Shown here piece by piece: positions 55,654 through 58,064 of a DNA stretch of 58,064 bases (position 1 is the first letter of the stretch; each line of letters starts with the position of its first letter). The stretch is from Bryobacterales bacterium (lineage in GTDB: Bacteria; Acidobacteriota; Terriglobia; Bryobacterales; Bryobacteraceae), in the NCBI GenBank assembly GCA_947467185.1, contig CANIHR010000001.1, positions 1 to 58,064 on the forward strand, written 5' to 3'. The notes beneath the pieces were generated by a model. That model had not been told where the DNA came from and did no database searches. It saw only the letters and a list, made by a program, of their open reading frames with translations. The translations under genes and the position numbers were made by a program.

Positions 55654-57497
55654 TGTGCACCTCCCGCAAGGCCCATCAGGACGATGATGACCACGGAGCC
55701 CGCCAGGATCCACGTGGCGTAACTCCGTATATTGCCGGATTGTATTAGTTTCAGAATTTGGCCGATGCCTCGTGCCTGAGAGCCGACGCCGTTCACAGCG
55801 CCGTCAATGGTACCCGCGTCGACAGCCTTCCAGAGAACCGCGGAAGAGCCTTCGATCAGGGGTTCAACGATTGCCGCGTCATAAGCTTCATCCACGCGGT
55901 ACTTGTCATCCACCAGACGATAGATGGGACCAAGCGCGTTAGCAATCTTGCCGGGCAGTTCCTGGTTGACCACATACATGTACCAGGAGAGCGCGATACC
56001 GATAAGACCAGCTGCCACCGAGATACCCATCAGCATGTGCTCTTCGGGGATCTCTTCCTTCAGCGGGAACATGTCCTTCAGGATTTCGGGGACATTAAAG
56101 AGGAAGCCACCGGCAAGCGACAGAACCGCCAGAACCATCAGTGGAGCAAGCATCACCATGGGTGATTCGTGCGGCTTGCCGTGGCCGCGGTATTCGCCCC
56201 AGAAGGTCATCCAGAAGGCGCGCCACACGTAGAATGCCGTCATGCCGGCGGTCACCACGCCAACCCAGAACATCCAGGGAGCGTGTTCGAACGCGGCAGT
56301 CAGAATCGCGTCCTTACTGAAGAAGCCGGAGGTGCCGGGGAAGCCGGCGATTGCGAGCGAAGCGCAGGCGAGAACGATGCAGGTCCAGGGAGCGTACTTT
56401 TTCAGGCCGCCCATCTGCCGCATGTCTTGTTCACCGTGGCATGCGTGAATTACGGAACCAGCGCCCAGGAAGAGCAGGGCTTTGAAGAACGCGTGGGTCA
56501 TCAGGTGCCAGATGCCGGCCGAGAACGCGCCAACGCCCACACCGAGGAACATATAGCCGAGCTGCGAAACCGTGGAGTACGCGAACACCTTCTTGATATC
56601 GTTCTGCGTAATGCCGATGGTGGCCGCAAACACCGCCGTGGCCAGCCCAATCATGGCGACCGTTTCCATGGCGATGGGCGCATGCAGGAAGATCACTGCT
56701 GAGCGCGAGCACATGTAAACACCCGCCGTGACCATGGTGGCCGCGTGGATGAGAGCCGAAACCGGCGTGGGACCTTCCATAGCGTCCGGGAGCCAGACAT
56801 ACAGCGGAATCTGTGCCGACTTACCAGCCGCACCCACCAGCATCAGGAGCGCGATAGCGGTCAGCGTCTCCACGGGAGCGCCCGGGGCTTTCGCGAATAC
56901 TTTACTGAAGTCCAGGGAACCGAAACTGATGACGATCAGGAACATCGCCAGGGCAAAGCCGAAGTCGCCAACACGGTTGACGATGAACGCTTTGTTGCCC
57001 GCCGTGGTCGCGCTCTTCTTGTGGAAGTAGAAGCCGATCAGCAGATAGCTGCACAAACCGACGCCTTCCCAGCCGACGAACAGAATCAGGTAGTTGGCGG
57101 CCAGCACCAGGTTCAGCATGAAGAACATGAACAGGTTCAGGTAAGCGAAGAAGCGGTAATAACCGCCCTCGTGATCCATGTACCCGGTGGCGTAAATATG
57201 AATGAGCGACCCGATGCCCGTGACGATCATCAGCATGATCATCGTGAGCTTATCGACGGCGAAATCCCAGCCAACGTGGAAATTGCCGCTGGCAATCCAT
57301 GTGAAGTAATGCGCGTGCAGTTTGTGGGCGCCCCAATCGCTCGATGGGCCCACCACAAGGGCAACCCAGAGGAAAGATGCAAGGACGCTTCCAATGGCCA
57401 CCGCGTTGATGGCCAGCTTCGGCAATTTCTTGCCGAGAATGCCGTTTATCAGGAAGCCGAGAAACGGGAGGAGCGGTATGAGCCAGAGTTTAAACAT
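55650..57497 (-). CDS. nuoL: NADH-quinone oxidoreductase subunit L
   Basis: 615 aa. WEGVGLCSYLLIGF, LYVWLPDAMEGPTPVSALIHAATMV, and a long C-terminal amphipathic-helix region. Confidence 0.95.
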   Translation of the reverse strand: MFKLWLIPLLPFLGFLINGILGKKLPKLAINAVAIGSVLASFLWVALVVGPSSDWGAHKLHAHYFTWIASGNFHVGWDFAVDKLTMIMLMIVTGIGSLIHIYATGYMDHEGGYYRFFAYLNLFMFFMLNLVLAANYLILFVGWEGVGLCSYLLIGFYFHKKSATTAGNKAFIVNRVGDFGFALAMFLIVISFGSLDFSKVFAKAPGAPVETLTAIALLMLVGAAGKSAQIPLYVWLPDAMEGPTPVSALIHAATMVTAGVYMCSRSAVIFLHAPIAMETVAMIGLATAVFAATIGITQNDIKKVFAYSTVSQLGYMFLGVGVGAFSAGIWHLMTHAFFKALLFLGAGSVIHACHGEQDMRQMGGLKKYAPWTCIVLACASLAIAGFPGTSGFFSKDAILTAAFEHAPWMFWVGVVTAGMTAFYVWRAFWMTFWGEYRGHGKPHESPMVMLAPLMVLAVLSLAGGFLFNVPEILKDMFPLKEEIPEEHMLMGISVAAGLIGIALSWYMYVVNQELPGKIANALGPIYRLVDDKYRVDEAYDAAIVEPLIEGSSAVLWKAVDAGTIDGAVNGVGSQARGIGQILKLIQSGNIRSYATWILAGSVVIIVLMGLAGGAH

Positions 57498-57838
57498 CAG
57501 TTCTTCAGAGACTCGATTTCGTCGATATTCAGGGTTGAGCGGTTCCTGAACACCGTGAGGATAATCGCAAGACCCACCGCCGCTTCGGCTGCCGCCACCA
57601 CCATCACAAAGAACGTGAACAGGTGGCCGGCGACTTGCTTGTGCTCGTGCGCAAAGGCGATGAAGCTGAGGTTCACCGCGTTCAGCATTAGTTCAATGCA
57701 CATGAACACAGTGATGATATTGCGGCGGAGAATAAAACCCGCCACACCAATAACAAACAGAACTGCTGAGAGAGCTAAGTACCACGCGGTGGGTACCGCG
57801 CCGTGCTTAAGGGTTTCCGCTACCTGCGCCGGATCCAT
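57497..57838 (-). CDS. nuoK: NADH-quinone oxidoreductase subunit K
   Basis: ATG at 57838. [27 protein letters not shown]. 1-nt overlap with nuoL (TGATG). Confidence 0.9.
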   Translation of the reverse strand: MDPAQVAETLKHGAVPTAWYLALSAVLFVIGVAGFILRRNIITVFMCIELMLNAVNLSFIAFAHEHKQVAGHLFTFFVMVVAAAEAAVGLAIILTVFRNRSTLNIDEIESLKN

Positions 57839-57839
57839 A

Positions 57840-58064
57840 TTAGTCGAGTTCCTTTCGCGCAAGAACGATCGCGCCAACAATCGCGATCAAAATCAGAACA
57901 GATGTCACTTCGAATGGGAGAAGGTATTCGGTGAACAGCGTATAACCGATGTCATAAGCGCCGCCACCCTTCCAGTCGCCGAACTTGATGGAACCAAGCT
58001 GCGGCATCCCGGTCTGCATGAAGTAAGCCAGCGCGCCCATCAGGCCGATGATCGCCGGTATCCC
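57840..58064 (-). CDS. nuoJ: NADH-quinone oxidoreductase subunit J (C-terminal part; 5' end outside the window)
   Basis: The frame is open to the window edge. ...[30 protein letters not shown] is the NuoJ C-terminal signature. Confidence 0.85.
   Translation of the reverse strand, partial: GIPAIIGLMGALAYFMQTGMPQLGSIKFGDWKGGGAYDIGYTLFTEYLLPFEVTSVLILIAIVGAIVLARKELD

Overview
GC-rich (roughly 60% by eye), densely coding chromosomal segment. It looks acidobacterial, Solibacter/Bryobacter-like. The lineage call rests on three proteins with the Solibacter-type C-terminal domain (TIGR03437-like), one acidobacterial VWFA-type protein (TIGR03436-like) and two giant CarboxypepD_reg-type TonB-dependent-receptor-like proteins. 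I support about 47 CDS. I found no rRNA, tRNA, CRISPR array, transposase, integrase or prophage signature. Left to right: a BON protein, a TonB-dependent-receptor-like (TBDR-like) outer-membrane protein, an OmpR/histidine-kinase pair and nrdR. Next is a 5-gene ECF-sigma/anti-sigma operon with a Lia-like membrane trio, then secreted Solibacter-domain proteins, mutY, an HTH-less S24 peptidase fusion and a VWA protein. An exopolysaccharide-initiation cluster follows (ExeA-like ATPase, WecA-like transferase, two bacterial sugar-transferase paralogues, GT2), then dnaE. After that come an Alternative-Complex-III-like cluster (ActA, split ActB, ActC, ActD, ActE, no ActF), a sedolisin with four tandem Ig-like repeats, and ALDH-DUF779-ALDH. 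The right end holds a second TBDR-like gene, an HTH-PBP regulator with class II photolyase and an epimerase, a two-subunit Mo-hydroxylase, a secreted ADP-ribosylglycohydrolase-family protein, a PaaI thioesterase and nuoJKLMN. There is no unambiguous new system. The best second-look candidates are: (1) both phosphoglycosyl-transferase paralogues appear to have lost the Asp-Glu catalytic dyad and sit next to a WecA-type enzyme; (2) a LexA-type S24 autopeptidase is fused to a non-HTH N-domain directly upstream of mutY; (3) the ECF-sigma operon shares one TM-hairpin module across three consecutive genes; (4) the ACIII-like cluster lacks ActF; (5) NuoM carries a His-rich insert. All family assignments come from motif recognition by eye, not from searches.
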